NCBI GenBank assembly: GCA_049700215.1
Contig: JBNAVT010000001.1
Coordinates: 1-64,000, forward strand
Length of the DNA: 64,000 nt
From: Thermoproteota archaeon
GTDB taxonomy: Archaea > Thermoproteota > EX4484-205 > JAAOZP01
Direction of reading: 5' to 3'
The notes under the pieces were generated by a model. It saw only the letters and a list, made by a program, of their open reading frames with translations, had not been told where the DNA came from and ran no database searches. The position numbers and the translations under genes were made by a program. Numbering within the stretch: the first letter of the stretch is position 1; every line of letters starts with the position of its first letter. This document shows positions 1 through 9,516 of the stretch, in pieces.

Positions 1-54
1 CCGGGATTCCCAGCTTGGAAGGCTGGTGTCCTAACCAGGCTAGACCAGCGCCGC
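1..54 (-). tRNA. tRNA-Gly(TCC), 3' end cut by window edge
   Basis: Reverse complement GCGGCGCTGGTCTAGCCTGGTTAGGACA-CCAGC-CTTCCAA-GCTGG-GAATCCCGG; D arm and anticodon arm with TCC. Confidence 0.92.
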
Positions 55-91
55 GGGTATGAAAGTTAGTAGCTGGAATGGTTTAAAAGTT

Positions 92-760
92 TTATTCCCT
101 ATAGCTGAGGCTTTCCTCCCAGGTCCTCCTGTCCACCAGGCTGTAATTGTTCATCCCGTATTCCAGAATGATCGGGTCCTTGAAGCCGGCTTCCCTGCAT
201 ATCGAGCCGAGGGTTTTCGCATCCATGAGGAAGTAGAACCTTCTATGCGGTCCCCAGCTTACCAAGAAATAGTTCCCACTGATCTTCCTAGCCCTGCGTA
301 GAAACTTCTCGTCCCTAACCATCTTCACAGACCATGAGGAGACAAGCATCCATCCCGTGTTCCTCAGAACCCTTCCCATCTCTTCCAGAGCCTTCACGGA
401 ATCACTCTTCCTCAAATGGTGTATTGCTGAAATACATACTATGCTGTCGAAAACACTATTCCTGAAAGGCAGGCGTGTTAACTCGTACTGCACATGGTGA
501 ACCTCCCTTCCTGAAATGTTTTTCAAACATTGTTTAAGCATGTTTCTCGAAAAGTCTCCTGCAACTATAGTGCCCCGGGTAAAAGCCTTAAGGTTCCTGC
601 AGTTTCCACAACCGTTGTCAAGTATTAACGCGGCTCCTCTCTGAAAGCTCCTCTTAAGCAGGGTTTCAAGAAGAGGGTCTGGCTTAACTCTCGTCTTGTC
701 AAACTCTTCAGATATGGTGTCGTATAGCCTGCGGACCTTCCACCGGTAGTCGCCAGCCAT
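92..760 (-). CDS. Class I SAM-dependent methyltransferase, Trm9/ALKBH8-like
   Basis: LDNGCGN motif I, FDSIVCISAIHHL, N-terminal YDTISEEFDKTR resembling Trm9 YDxIAxxFxxTR. Confidence 0.75.
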   Translation of the reverse strand: MAGDYRWKVRRLYDTISEEFDKTRVKPDPLLETLLKRSFQRGAALILDNGCGNCRNLKAFTRGTIVAGDFSRNMLKQCLKNISGREVHHVQYELTRLPFRNSVFDSIVCISAIHHLRKSDSVKALEEMGRVLRNTGWMLVSSWSVKMVRDEKFLRRARKISGNYFLVSWGPHRRFYFLMDAKTLGSICREAGFKDPIILEYGMNNYSLVDRRTWEESLSYRE

Positions 761-872
761 CTGAAGTCTCCACTATGCTGGAGTTATAAGCTTGAAAATC
801 CTTCGGGGGGAGCGGACTACATTTATAAGCATCCTTCCGAAAACCTATTAGTTCGAACAGAAGGAAAAAGTC

Positions 873-1895
873 ATGGTTAGGAGGAAGGCTGAAGAAGAGG
901 GCGAGGAGGAATCTAAAGGAGTAGAGGTTTTCGAATCGATAGAGGATATTCCTGGCATAGGTCCCTCCACTGCTGCTAAGCTGAAGGAGCTCGGCTACAC
1001 TACTGTTGAGGCGCTGGCGACGGCTACTGTAAACGAGCTTGTTGCCGGGGGTGTTCCCGATAAGACTGCTGCCAAGATAATATCCTTGGCGAGAAGCAGC
1101 ATTGAGGTTAAGTTCGTCTCAGCCCTCGATATTCTGAAGCAGCGGGAGCACATTCAGAAGCTTACTACGGGGAGCAGGAAGCTTGACGCTCTTCTGGGAG
1201 GAGGGTTGGAGACGATGACGATAACCGAGTTCTTCGGGGAGTACGGGACTGGGAAATCCCAGATAAGCCATCAGCTTGCCGTTAATGTTCAACTTCCTGT
1301 GGAGAGAGGTGGTTTAAACGGAAACGTTGTCTACATAGATACTGAAAACAGCTTCAGGCCTGAGCGCATTGTTGCAATGGCTAAGTATTTGAAGCTGGAC
1401 CCGATTAAGACTGTTGAAAACATTACTGTAGCGGAAGCCTTTAACTCGGATCACCAGATACTTATAGCTGAGCGCCTGGATGAAGTCGTAAAGAGTAAGA
1501 GGGTGAAGCTCGTCATAGTGGATTCGCTGACGACCCACTTCAGAAGCGAGTACTTGGGCAGGGAGAGCCTTGTTAAAAGGCAGCAGAAGCTGAATGCTCA
1601 TCTCCACAGGCTTGAACGTCTTTCAAAGGCTTTCAACCTTGTCATCGTTGTTACCAACCAGGTTATGGCTAAGCCGGATGAGATCTTCGGCATGGGGGCC
1701 TACCCCGTTGGTGGCCATATTCTTGCACACAGGAGCCACACCAGAATATACCTGCGCAAGGCCAGGGGTGAACAGGGTTTAAGGGTTGCCCGCCTGATAG
1801 TTAGCCTAGACAGGCCCGAGGGAGAATGCCTTTTCAAAATCACTGAGAACGGCATAACTGATGTTGAAGAAGAAGCCTACGGTGAAGAGGGCTAG
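873..1895 (+). CDS. radA: DNA repair/recombination protein RadA
   Basis: N-terminal HhH (IPGIGPSTA), Walker A GEYGTGKSQ, YIDTENSFRPER, VVTNQV. Confidence 0.97.
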   Translation: MVRRKAEEEGEEESKGVEVFESIEDIPGIGPSTAAKLKELGYTTVEALATATVNELVAGGVPDKTAAKIISLARSSIEVKFVSALDILKQREHIQKLTTGSRKLDALLGGGLETMTITEFFGEYGTGKSQISHQLAVNVQLPVERGGLNGNVVYIDTENSFRPERIVAMAKYLKLDPIKTVENITVAEAFNSDHQILIAERLDEVVKSKRVKLVIVDSLTTHFRSEYLGRESLVKRQQKLNAHLHRLERLSKAFNLVIVVTNQVMAKPDEIFGMGAYPVGGHILAHRSHTRIYLRKARGEQGLRVARLIVSLDRPEGECLFKITENGITDVEEEAYGEEG

Positions 1896-3184
1896 GGTTC
1901 CAGCCTGAACCTGTCCCTCGGGTATAGTGTTGCCTCCCTAATGTTGTCAAGCCTAAGGATGCTCATTAACAGCCTTTCAAGACCTATTGCCCATCCTGCG
2001 TGGGGAGGCATGCCGTATCCAAAAGCCTTCAAATGATATGAGAAATCGCTGGGATTCAGGTTTTTCGCCATCAACTGGTTTACAAGCTTCTCCTTGTTCT
2101 CCTCCCTGGTTCCACCGGAACCCAGCTCCAACGGGCCGTAGTTCAGGTCGAAGGATTGTGAAGTACCGTCCTCGTTAACCTTTATGTAGAAAGGCTTGAT
2201 CTTGCTCGGCCAGTGTGTTATGAAGTAATACTCCTCCCTAAGCTCCTCAAGGCTCCTAAGCTCCTCGCTCCCCACATCGTCCCCGAAACTGACTTGAACC
2301 CCTTTCTCGTTAAGCATGGAAATAATCTCATCGTACCTAAATCTTTTCAGCGGGATCTCCAGGGCTCTTATTTTTAAACCCAGGTTGTCAAACTCGTCCC
2401 TGCATTTCTCAACAATCTTATCATGAACATACTTTATCATTTTCTCGCATATAATCATAACGTCCTCCATGTCTGCGAAAGCAACTTCAATGTCTACTGA
2501 GGTAAACTCGTTCAGGTGCTTGGTTGTGTTGAAGGGTTCAGCCCTGAAAAACGGACCTATTTCAAAAACTCTTTCAAAGCCTATTACCATTTGCTCTTTG
2601 AAAAGCTGAGGGCTCTGTGCAAGGTAAGCTATCTTGTCGAAGTAGGGCAGGGGGAAGAGGGCGGCTCCACCCTCGGTTGCAGAGGCTATTATCCTGGGAG
2701 TAATTATCTCGACGAAATCGTTTTCATGGAAGAAGTCCCTCAAAACCTCTAGGAGGGCGCTCTTAATTATAAAGATGCTTCTAACTCTCGGTCTGAAAAC
2801 ATCTAGGGGCCGCGCGTCCAGCCTGATGTCAAGACTGCTTTTAATCCTGTCAGTAGGGTCCAGTGGCAGGGGGTGTTCAGAGGCATTTAAAATCCTTATT
2901 TCAACAGGATCTATTTCAAGCCCCTTGGGAGCCTGCGGTGTCCTTCTCACTCTTCCACTTACCTCTATTACGTCGTTAAGCTTTATTTTGTCAAGCGTGT
3001 TCTCGACACTAGGGTCTGACCTGCCCCTGACCCACGTTATTTGTATCCTGCCCCAACGGTCAGCTAGAACTATGAACTTGACTCCGCCAAGGTCTCTTCT
3101 GTCGAGCGCCCACCCGTAGACTCTAACCATCTTCCCCTCGTCTTCAAGCGTTATGTCAACACTTCTTCTCCTGTCTCCAAACAT
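1892..3184 (-). CDS. aspS: Aspartyl-tRNA synthetase (archaeal type, probably non-discriminating)
   Basis: OB-fold N-terminus, YLAQSPQL, FRAE..HLNEF, GMPPHAGWAIGLERL, YPRD. Confidence 0.96.
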   Translation of the reverse strand: MFGDRRRSVDITLEDEGKMVRVYGWALDRRDLGGVKFIVLADRWGRIQITWVRGRSDPSVENTLDKIKLNDVIEVSGRVRRTPQAPKGLEIDPVEIRILNASEHPLPLDPTDRIKSSLDIRLDARPLDVFRPRVRSIFIIKSALLEVLRDFFHENDFVEIITPRIIASATEGGAALFPLPYFDKIAYLAQSPQLFKEQMVIGFERVFEIGPFFRAEPFNTTKHLNEFTSVDIEVAFADMEDVMIICEKMIKYVHDKIVEKCRDEFDNLGLKIRALEIPLKRFRYDEIISMLNEKGVQVSFGDDVGSEELRSLEELREEYYFITHWPSKIKPFYIKVNEDGTSQSFDLNYGPLELGSGGTREENKEKLVNQLMAKNLNPSDFSYHLKAFGYGMPPHAGWAIGLERLLMSILRLDNIREATLYPRDRFRLEP

Positions 3185-3196
3185 TCTCCATCATCT

Positions 3197-3694
3197 TCAG
3201 GGAGTCTGAATCCTCACGTTAATACCTAGTTTTTTAGCAAGCTTCTCAAGCTTCTGAACATGCTTCTCATCCAATTCTCTTCCCTCAACCATGATTTTAA
3301 ACTCGGTAATGTTGCCTGGAAGCCACACCTTGCTTAAGCTAATTATTCTAAACGGGTACACGAGTTCCTCAAGCTTCCTCTTCTGATCTTTCCTGTAATC
3401 GACAACGGTTATTTTCTCAACGCCAGCCTCCCTTATGATTCTTTCAGCAATGTCCTTCCTGTCCCTGAGAATCCTAACCCCATCATTATTGCTTAAAATA
3501 AGTAGAAAACCGTCTTCAACATAGGTCTTCTTAAACTCTACTTTTTCAAGCTCACGGACCATGCCGGCTTCCTCAAGCAGGATCCTGCATAATGTTAAAT
3601 CCAGATTACTATTCCTGCCGCTGTCTATAAGCTCTCTGCATTTCTGGCATAGGATTCCGCTTTTCGCGCAGAAATCGCAGAAAGGTATTTTCAT
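3197..3694 (-). CDS. Archaeal NusA-like protein with N-terminal Zn finger
   Basis: Start reassigned to MKIPFCDFCAKSGILCQKC; upstream ORF extension overlaps rpl40e antisense. Confidence 0.7.
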   Translation of the reverse strand: MKIPFCDFCAKSGILCQKCRELIDSGRNSNLDLTLCRILLEEAGMVRELEKVEFKKTYVEDGFLLILSNNDGVRILRDRKDIAERIIREAGVEKITVVDYRKDQKRKLEELVYPFRIISLSKVWLPGNITEFKIMVEGRELDEKHVQKLEKLAKKLGINVRIQTP

Positions 3695-3791
3695 GTACGT
3701 CTTGAGGGCTATTAAACTCTTTTTAAATCTTCTCTCCCCGCGAAAGCTGAGTAAACCTTTTAAATACTGTTCTGAAGCATGGTTTGGCAAC

Positions 3792-3959
3792 ATGAAGATA
3801 AGCGACCCAGTGTTGATCGAGATCGTTAAGAAACGGAGGCTGCGGTTCATGATATGCAGAGACTGCGGCGCTAGGAATGCTATTAACGCGAAGAAGTGTA
3901 GGAAATGCCGCAGTAAAAATTTAAGGCCGAAGAGGACTGAGAGGAGAGCCAAGAAGTAG
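3792..3959 (+). CDS. rpl40e: 50S ribosomal protein L40e
   Basis: ICRDCGARNAINAKKCRKCRSKNLRPK zinc ribbon. Confidence 0.95.
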   Translation: MKISDPVLIEIVKKRRLRFMICRDCGARNAINAKKCRKCRSKNLRPKRTERRAKK

Positions 3960-4004
3960 GGTTTGGATAGAAAAGAATATAAAAGAGGCTTTGATTTTTT
4001 AAAC

Positions 4005-4097
4005 GGGCCGGTCGTTCAGATGGTTAGGACGCCGCTCTCACACAGCGGAGGTCGCCGGTTCGAAAACAGGGGTTAATCGGAAATCCGGCCCGGCCCA
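4005..4097 (+). tRNA. tRNA-Val(CAC) with 19-nt intron in T-loop (59/60; 4065-4083)
   Basis: CCGCT-CTCACAC-AGCGG anticodon arm; BHB with central helix TTCG/CGGA and bulges AAA/AAT; splicing restores GCCGG-TTCGAAT-CCGGC. Confidence 0.92.
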
Positions 4098-4124
4098 TTT
4101 TTTTCTCCGATTCGGTTTAACTGT

Positions 4125-5381
4125 TTAAACAGTGTAGGTTTCTCCAAGCTCCGGGGCTACTGCGTCGAGCCCAAGGCGGTTTCTAGCGTATTCCGCGAGT
4201 TTCTCACAGTTATCTGAATCACCGTGGACCATGAAGGTTTTCTCAGCCTTAATCCTGCCTACTAGTTTTTCAAGCTGGTTCTTCCCGCTGTGCGAGGAAA
4301 GCTCGAAATGCTTCACTTCAGCCTTGACTTTAGACAGCTTTCCGTCAACCGTCACTATCTTCTTCTCTAAGAGAAGCCTCCCAGGGGTTCCTTCAACCTG
4401 ATAACTGACGAAGGCTATTAGGTTCCTGCCTGATTTCCCAACCTCCTTAAGGTAGAAGTTGACGGGGCCTCCTTGAAGCATCCCGGCTGGCGTGACGATA
4501 ACGCCGGGCCTCTTTAAAGCCTCCTCTCTCTGCTTCTGCGTGGTTATCCATGTTACTTGTCTAGCTGCTTTCTCGAGAAGATCAGGGTATGAGAGCCACT
4601 CTGGGAAATCGAAAAGTATTTCCGTAACAGTCCTAGCCATGCCATCGTAATACACGTTGTGGGGGAAACCGTGTTTAGCAAGTATCGTTATCACTTCCTG
4701 AGATCTCCCCAGCCCGAAGGCTGGGACTAGCGCTATGCCGCCTCTTTCAACAGTTTCCCCAAGCTTTCTGACGAACTTCTTCTCAACCTCCTCTCTAGGC
4801 GGATGATTCTTGTTCGCGTAAGTGCTTTCAACTATCGCTACGTCAACCGGAGGATAATCAGTATAGGCGCCTTTAAGCAGGGTTGTTTCAATCGTGTTAA
4901 TGTCTCCTGTGTAAAGTATCCTCTTCCCGTCGAGCTCAAGCAGCACCTGTCCTCCTCCTGGAGTATGGCCTGCTGACATGAAGACGAGCTTGAAACCGTT
5001 TCGGGAGAACTCCTCCTGGTAACCAAGCTTTCTCGACCTGCTTACGAACCTATCTACTTCAGGAATTTCAAACGGAACAGTTTCCTTAGATACTCTTATG
5101 AAGTCCAGCAGTATTAGTTTAGCCAGTGGCGCTGTTAAACTTGTTAGGAATGCTTCTCTCTCCCCGCTTATGAAAAATATGGGTGCGGCTCCGACGTGAT
5201 CCAAATGAGCGTGCGTTATGATTATACTGTCTACTTCTCTAGGCGGGATGTGCATGGGGTATTTAACCTGCCTCCCGGAGAGCATTACTCCCGCATCTAG
5301 GAGAAGGCGTTTCTCCCTACCCGCCAGGTAAATAGCGGATCTCCCTACTTCACGTACTCCGCCAAGAAATTTTATAATCAT
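4125..5381 (-). CDS. Metallo-beta-lactamase/beta-CASP ribonuclease (aCPSF-family)
   Basis: THAHLDHVG, AGHTPG, YTGD, ESTY, SSHSG, VHGD motifs. Confidence 0.9.
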   Translation of the reverse strand: MIIKFLGGVREVGRSAIYLAGREKRLLLDAGVMLSGRQVKYPMHIPPREVDSIIITHAHLDHVGAAPIFFISGEREAFLTSLTAPLAKLILLDFIRVSKETVPFEIPEVDRFVSRSRKLGYQEEFSRNGFKLVFMSAGHTPGGGQVLLELDGKRILYTGDINTIETTLLKGAYTDYPPVDVAIVESTYANKNHPPREEVEKKFVRKLGETVERGGIALVPAFGLGRSQEVITILAKHGFPHNVYYDGMARTVTEILFDFPEWLSYPDLLEKAARQVTWITTQKQREEALKRPGVIVTPAGMLQGGPVNFYLKEVGKSGRNLIAFVSYQVEGTPGRLLLEKKIVTVDGKLSKVKAEVKHFELSSHSGKNQLEKLVGRIKAEKTFMVHGDSDNCEKLAEYARNRLGLDAVAPELGETYTV

Positions 5382-5666
5382 GTTTTAATCCTCTTCACCG
5401 CTTTCTTCCGGGTCTTTTATTTAAAGTTTTAAGCTCTCCGGGCATGTATTCCAATCCATTACTATTATCCTGCTCCTGAAAGTCTCATGCTTCTGGTTCC
5501 CTGCTTTATCACGTTGCTGCACACTGGGTTCTCTAAGAATGCTTCCACAGGTTTTCGCCCACCTCATGGAACACCCTCTTCACCATCTAAAAACGTGAGG
5601 GAATTACCTAAGGTTTTTAAGCCTATGGGGCTGAGGTTCTTCTCAGGGTTGAAAGAAAGGGGGAGG

Positions 5667-6221
5667 ATGATGGAGATTGTGCTTTTCACAGCATTGCTGG
5701 TTTACTCAACCTTCCTGTTTGCAGAGAACAGTAGGCTCAGGGGGATTGTTGAAAACCAGCGTGCGACGATAAATACTCTGGAGGGTAAACTAAGTCTTCT
5801 CGCCGAACTTGAGAGAAAATACGAGTCTCTTTCCGTCAACTATACTCTGATGATTGAGAAGGAGGAAGCCGGAAAATTCTTCGGAAGCTTCGAGGAGCTC
5901 CGAAGCTGGTTAGAAAACGATGGTACTGACGGGCTCACCTACAACGAGAGCTTCACATGCGTCAACTTCTCTGAAACGCTCGTCAAAAAGATGCGTGCAG
6001 ATGGTTACAAGGGTGTCTACATGGTTTATATGAATCCTTTATCATACAACGTTATCTTCTCCTACGCGGTTCACAAGGGCTCCGTAATTACGGCCCCTGA
6101 ATGGCACAGCTTCGTACTCGTCTTGACTAGAAGTAAATGTTTCTGGCCGAACGGCACATGGTATTACAAATATGCTGTTTTCTTCGTAGAGCCCCAGAAC
6201 GATGCGATTGCACCGGGTTGA
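5667..6221 (+). CDS. Membrane-anchored coiled-coil protein with putative papain/transglutaminase-like domain
   Basis: N-terminal hydrophobic helix, coiled coil, FTCVNFS / WHSF / FVEPQND; start chosen after GGAGG. Confidence 0.55.
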   Translation: MMEIVLFTALLVYSTFLFAENSRLRGIVENQRATINTLEGKLSLLAELERKYESLSVNYTLMIEKEEAGKFFGSFEELRSWLENDGTDGLTYNESFTCVNFSETLVKKMRADGYKGVYMVYMNPLSYNVIFSYAVHKGSVITAPEWHSFVLVLTRSKCFWPNGTWYYKYAVFFVEPQNDAIAPG

Positions 6222-6447
6222 GGGCAAAAACTGCTGGCGGCTTCGTTGAGACGAGGCTAAAAGAATATGTGTCACCATGTTCTTCTGAGGAAGCAGCTGC
6301 ATGCCGAGTTTTCCCAGGTTGAAAGCGAATTACTGTAGACGTCTCGGAGCGGAAAACGCAACTCTAATCCTATTATGCTTAGCCTGTGTGCAAATCCTCC
6401 TAAAAAGTTTTAATAAGGAGCTGGCTTTCCTAACAGAGAGCTGAGGT

Positions 6448-7083
6448 TTGCTGGAGAAGATTCTTAGAAAAGAGGCTTGGACCGCGGACTGCATGCTTAT
6501 ATGTCTACCGGGCATCGGGCTGGTGGGCTCCTTGACGGGGGAGCTTTTCATAGAGTCGGCGACTGAAAATATTCCACTGCGGGAGCTTTACCCTGAGCCG
6601 CTCCTATACGTATCGGTTACTTCTCGAGAGGGTTTGATAACCCCTCCGAAAATAACTGTCAACGGGATTCGCACAGGGGAGTTGAAGGGTGTTATTATAG
6701 TCAGAGGGGTTTCTCAACCCACCAATCAGTTTAGCCAGTATGAGCTGGCTAGGAGACTGGTGGATGTTGCGGAAGCCTCGGGAGTCAGAATCATCATCGG
6801 TATCGGTGGGTATGCTATAACCCGGGTTGGTGAAAAAAGGAGAGTATATATTTCTTCAACTAGCTGGAGGATTTCGATGCTAGGGGCCTCTCTCGGGTTC
6901 TTGCCTTTAAGGGGGACTGTCGTGGGAGCTGCTGGCCTAATACCTGGGCTTGCAAGCCTGCATGGTTTAGATAGTGCATGCATCCTCGTAGAAACTAATG
7001 GGGAGAGCCCCGACCTTGCTGCTGCTAAAACTGCTCACAATAGTGTCCTGAGCTTCTTTAAAAAATATTTTTCCGAGTCTTAG
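6448..7083 (+). CDS. PAC2 family proteasome assembly chaperone
   Basis: LPGIGLVG, IIGIGGY, VVGAAGL, CILVET..PD..AA. Confidence 0.85.
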   Translation: MLEKILRKEAWTADCMLICLPGIGLVGSLTGELFIESATENIPLRELYPEPLLYVSVTSREGLITPPKITVNGIRTGELKGVIIVRGVSQPTNQFSQYELARRLVDVAEASGVRIIIGIGGYAITRVGEKRRVYISSTSWRISMLGASLGFLPLRGTVVGAAGLIPGLASLHGLDSACILVETNGESPDLAAAKTAHNSVLSFFKKYFSES

Positions 7084-7093
7084 CGAGAGAAAC

Positions 7094-7519
7094 CTATTCC
7101 TTCTCCACAGAACTTTCTTTAATGAAATCGTTATATATTTCACTCACCTTCTCGGCTGCAAGCCCGCTTCCTTCTATAACACCGTTTTCAGTAACCCTTA
7201 TTCTGTTCATAACTATTATGACGCCTGCTTCCTCATTATACTGAACCATCTTCGGGAAGACTCTTTCTATTCTTTCAGCAAGTTTTCTCAAATCAAGTAT
7301 CGCAGTTCTCACCTCTATTCTCTTAACATCGTTCCCGTTAAGTATTGCCTTAGGAATCTTCCTTCCTCCTTTCAACTCCACTTCGTTCAAAACAACTGAA
7401 AAAGTATCAATGTCCAGTGAAGCTAAGACGCCTAGGATCTCTTCACCACCCTGAGTGACCACTGCAACCTTCTTGCCTATCAAACGATTAACCTCTGTCG
7501 TGAACCCTGTTCTCATCAT
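7094..7519 (-). CDS. Sm-like protein SmAP3 (Lsm with C-terminal domain)
   Basis: Sm1/Sm2 N-terminus plus ERVFPKMVQY..IRVTENGV.EGSG.AAE C-terminal domain typical of crenarchaeal SmAP3. Confidence 0.88.
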   Translation of the reverse strand: MMRTGFTTEVNRLIGKKVAVVTQGGEEILGVLASLDIDTFSVVLNEVELKGGRKIPKAILNGNDVKRIEVRTAILDLRKLAERIERVFPKMVQYNEEAGVIIVMNRIRVTENGVIEGSGLAAEKVSEIYNDFIKESSVEKE

Positions 7520-7640
7520 TTTAACGTCACTTTTACAGTACACTCCCTGTTTTTAATACTTTCTGGAGTAAAAGACTTATTCTAAATCATAGCTTTTTTT
7601 CATGGCTACTTTTATTGTTCTGCAGCCACTCTTTATAGAA

Positions 7641-8585
7641 ATGAAGCAGGAAACTGTTCCGTCAGTTGCTCCCGTCAGATGCCCCGATTGCAACTCTCAG
7701 CTGGTGAACTCAGGGAACGAGCTTGTCTGCAGCAAGTGCGGCCTAGTGGTCGATTTTTTCGATAAGTATGTTGCATCCTACGATCAGGGTCAAACTCTCC
7801 AGAGTGACTCCTGCTACGGGAGCCTGATTGCGGAACACGGCTTTAAAAACGGCATCTCCAGGGTGCAGAAGAACATTTTCTACTCTGCTACTAGAAGGGA
7901 GAACGAGCTGAAATGGATAATAGACAAGATCTGTAGCAATTTCCACCTGGGGTCTTCAATAAGACAGTTCTCTCACAGTATTGGTTTAGCTCTGCTGCAT
8001 AATTCTAAAAGCAGAAAGAACAATCTGACAGCGGTTGCAACGTACTCTGTAGTCAGTGCAGCAAGATCATGCGATTTAAACATTGCTCCTCATTATAAGA
8101 AGATCCAAGCGTATCTGCGGAGCATAGGTTTTAAAATAAGGCCGAGAGACCTGTTCAATGTGATTTCAGTCGCAAGAGAGATTGGGATTGCTGAGGCAAA
8201 ATACGATATGGGTAAAACTGTCAATGAAATAATATCTCTGATGATGGCGAACAACCGCAAGCTTCAGACGCTTGGTGAGAAAGAAGCGTTTCTAAGCATT
8301 CTCAGATTAATGTCGATTAGGCTTTTCAACGATTTAAAGTCTAAACATTACTATTTTCACGGTAAAAACCCGATGATATGTTTGGCGGCAGCTATCTACG
8401 CGGCATCCAAGGAGGCTGCAGCCATGTTAAAGATTAAAAACCCTGTGACTCAGAGGGAGCTAGCAGGATACGTGGGGTACGCTGAGTACAGCGTTAGAGA
8501 AACATATGAAGAGTTTTTCGGAAAAGCTTCTCAACCTGTTAAACCATTATCCGCTGTAGAATCCTGCCGTTTAACCGTTTTGTAA
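7641..8585 (+). CDS. Divergent transcription initiation factor IIB (TFB) paralog
   Basis: Zn ribbon CPDC..CSKCGLV, GKNP..LAAAIY, TQRELA..VG..E.SVR..Y HTH. Confidence 0.8.
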   Translation: MKQETVPSVAPVRCPDCNSQLVNSGNELVCSKCGLVVDFFDKYVASYDQGQTLQSDSCYGSLIAEHGFKNGISRVQKNIFYSATRRENELKWIIDKICSNFHLGSSIRQFSHSIGLALLHNSKSRKNNLTAVATYSVVSAARSCDLNIAPHYKKIQAYLRSIGFKIRPRDLFNVISVAREIGIAEAKYDMGKTVNEIISLMMANNRKLQTLGEKEAFLSILRLMSIRLFNDLKSKHYYFHGKNPMICLAAAIYAASKEAAAMLKIKNPVTQRELAGYVGYAEYSVRETYEEFFGKASQPVKPLSAVESCRLTVL

Positions 8586-8998
8586 ACACGTTCGAATGAG
8601 AAGAATCCTTCCGGGTCACTCACATGAATCCTGCTTATAATCTCTACTGAACACTCTTCATCGTAAGATTCAGTATTGCAGCTGAACCGGACGAGTATTC
8701 CATATTCTCTGAAGAATTCCTCATCGCAAAGATTCTCTGTTAAGCGTTCCAACTCCTCCTCCAGGGTTTTCTTAAACTCAGAGAAATTGCCTTTAGAAGA
8801 ACGCATACATGCCTCCGCAATGTTTTCCACACTGTTGAAAGTATCGTTTATCAGGGAATCCGCTAAAACGAGCTTCACCCTTTGTTTTAAAAAGCCTGCT
8901 AGGAAGGTGCTTCCGGAAAGAACCATCAGGTTCACCATCAGCAGTGAAACCATGATGATCGTGGAGGCGGCTATAGGTATCAGCCACGTTTTAATCAT
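8531..8998 (-). CDS. Pilin-like/minor pilus component with N-terminal TM helix
   Basis: Hydrophobic N-terminus then soluble domain with Cys residues; last gene of a coupled operon divergent from Tad-type ATPase. Confidence 0.55.
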   Translation of the reverse strand: MIKTWLIPIAASTIIMVSLLMVNLMVLSGSTFLAGFLKQRVKLVLADSLINDTFNSVENIAEACMRSSKGNFSEFKKTLEEELERLTENLCDEEFFREYGILVRFSCNTESYDEECSVEIISRIHVSDPEGFFSFERVYKTVKRQDSTADNGLTG

Positions 8999-9378
8999 TT
9001 TTCAATGCTCACCACTATGCGCACGATATCATCACCGCTAACTCTTATTATTTGAACACGTCTAGCCTGCTGTCCACCAGGATTGTTTGAAGCCTGCTTG
9101 TTCTCCACCACTATTTTCCCATTCTTCTTGCTTAGAAGTTCTATTTCGCTCCACTCAACCCCATTCTGGTTCAGGATTCTCATGACCTCGCTAAGCATGG
9201 CCTCACCATCGCTCAGGTTTTGAAGGGGGATCCCTGCTAGGCTGCTCTCTAAAGCCAAGTCTGTTCTCACCACTTCTATTTTTTCAAACGTGGTTCTGAC
9301 GCTTTGCGAGACAATTATTATCGGTATTAGCAGAAGGATGCTCAGGGCGATTGCAATAACGCCTTCTAAAAACTCCAC
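8995..9378 (-). CDS. Pilin-like protein (minor pilin candidate)
   Basis: MEFLEGVIAIALSILLLIPIIIV: Glu at +5 followed by hydrophobic helix. Confidence 0.6.
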   Translation of the reverse strand: MEFLEGVIAIALSILLLIPIIIVSQSVRTTFEKIEVVRTDLALESSLAGIPLQNLSDGEAMLSEVMRILNQNGVEWSEIELLSKKNGKIVVENKQASNNPGGQQARRVQIIRVSGDDIVRIVVSIEK

Positions 9379-9384
9379 TCTGCC

Positions 9385-9516
9385 TCACACCCGCCCAACC
9401 AGCTCAGTGTAGGCGGAAACATTGCTTAAAGTAAGCAAAACGGCTAATGCCAGCTCTAAGACTAGTAGGAAAATTAGGAATGATGCTGATATGAAATCCA
9501 GAAGCTTGTCGCTCAT
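9385..9516 (-). CDS. 43-aa hydrophobic pilin-like peptide (not in ORF track)
   Basis: MSDKLLDFISASFLIFLLVLELALAVLLTLSNVSAYTELVGRV; ATGA overlap with upstream gene stop. Confidence 0.65.
   Translation of the reverse strand: MSDKLLDFISASFLIFLLVLELALAVLLTLSNVSAYTELVGRV

Noticed and set aside
3695-3952. N-terminal extensions of the NusA-like and L40e ORFs
   Set aside because: Mutual antisense read-through across a divergent promoter; internal ATGs match family starts
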